Shown here: positions 63,984 to 64,000 of the stretch, one piece after another
Position numbering within the stretch: position 1 is the stretch's first letter
Layout: every line of letters begins with the position of its first letter
NCBI GenBank assembly: GCA_050745885.1
Contig: JBOGLD010000112.1
Coordinates: forward strand, 11,386-75,385
From: Terriglobales bacterium
GTDB lineage: Bacteria > Acidobacteriota > Terriglobia > Terriglobales > Acidobacteriaceae
Reading direction: 5' to 3'
DNA length: 64,000 nt
Notes under the pieces: generated by a model
The model's database searches: none
What the model was told of the DNA's origin: nothing
The model's input: the letters and a program-made list of their open reading frames with translations, nothing else
Made by a program: the position numbers and the translations under genes

Positions 63984-64000
63984 CATTTGTGGCCGCGTAG

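Noticed and set aside
60930-64000. The TA cassette run considered as an integron gene-cassette array.
   Set aside because: No IntI-type tyrosine recombinase or attI is visible, the cassettes are in mixed orientation, and the 20-nt repeat does not obviously form attC-type hairpins. The question stays open only as the repeat finding.
53025-64000. A prophage interpretation of the island.
   Set aside because: No capsid, portal, terminase, tail or lysis genes appear in the visible part. The content is recombinases, IS and TA only.

Overview
GC-rich bacterial chromosomal window. Gene content and the CGCAAAG-type intergenic repeats suggest Acidobacteriota, but that is inference only. No rRNA gene, intact tRNA gene or CRISPR array was seen.

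**Backbone, about 1-45 kb**
- 0-11.2 kb: a glycan-utilisation cluster. It holds a GH38-like giant secreted enzyme, two tandem paralogous secreted hydrolase-like proteins of unclear family, a mutarotase-like protein and an MFS transporter.
- 11.8-14.9 kb: a response-regulator/thioredoxin-reductase-like fusion that lacks the CxxC redox motif, tightly coupled to a soluble cNMP-domain histidine kinase.
- 14.9-37.9 kb: housekeeping and accessory genes, including NhaP-type antiporter, PhoU-like protein, PEBP, two TonB-family proteins, M16, M28 and S9 peptidases, RlmN, a NarL-type two-component pair, an orphan Flp pilin, a nucleotide-sugar dehydrogenase and AsnB.
- 38-45.3 kb: a signalling block made of REC-HD-GYP, a TonB-dependent receptor, a YfiR-like protein, a hybrid kinase, a REC protein and a convergent REC-PilZ protein.

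**Mobile-element-scarred region, about 45.3 kb to the window end**
- A decayed serine-recombinase pseudogene, a transposase C-terminal relic and a reverse-transcriptase N-terminal relic.
- Two intact head-to-head paralogous large serine recombinases.
- A complete IS21-family element with 13/14 terminal inverted repeats and a CCAC target duplication.
- Three type II toxin-antitoxin modules: Xre/RES and two VapBC-like pairs.

**Other observations**
- Three otherwise conserved genes each carry an apparent single-base frameshift: a DUF2961 gene, a response regulator and a small CxxC ORF. This could be real decay or assembly indels.
- No clearly novel multi-gene system can be proven from sequence alone. 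The best leads are the recombinase island with its uncharacterised companion ORFs, the paralogous small basic 'RKKIAAAQRARWAKV'-repeat proteins, the REC-TrxR-like/cNMP-kinase pair, and the tandem hydrolase-like paralogs.
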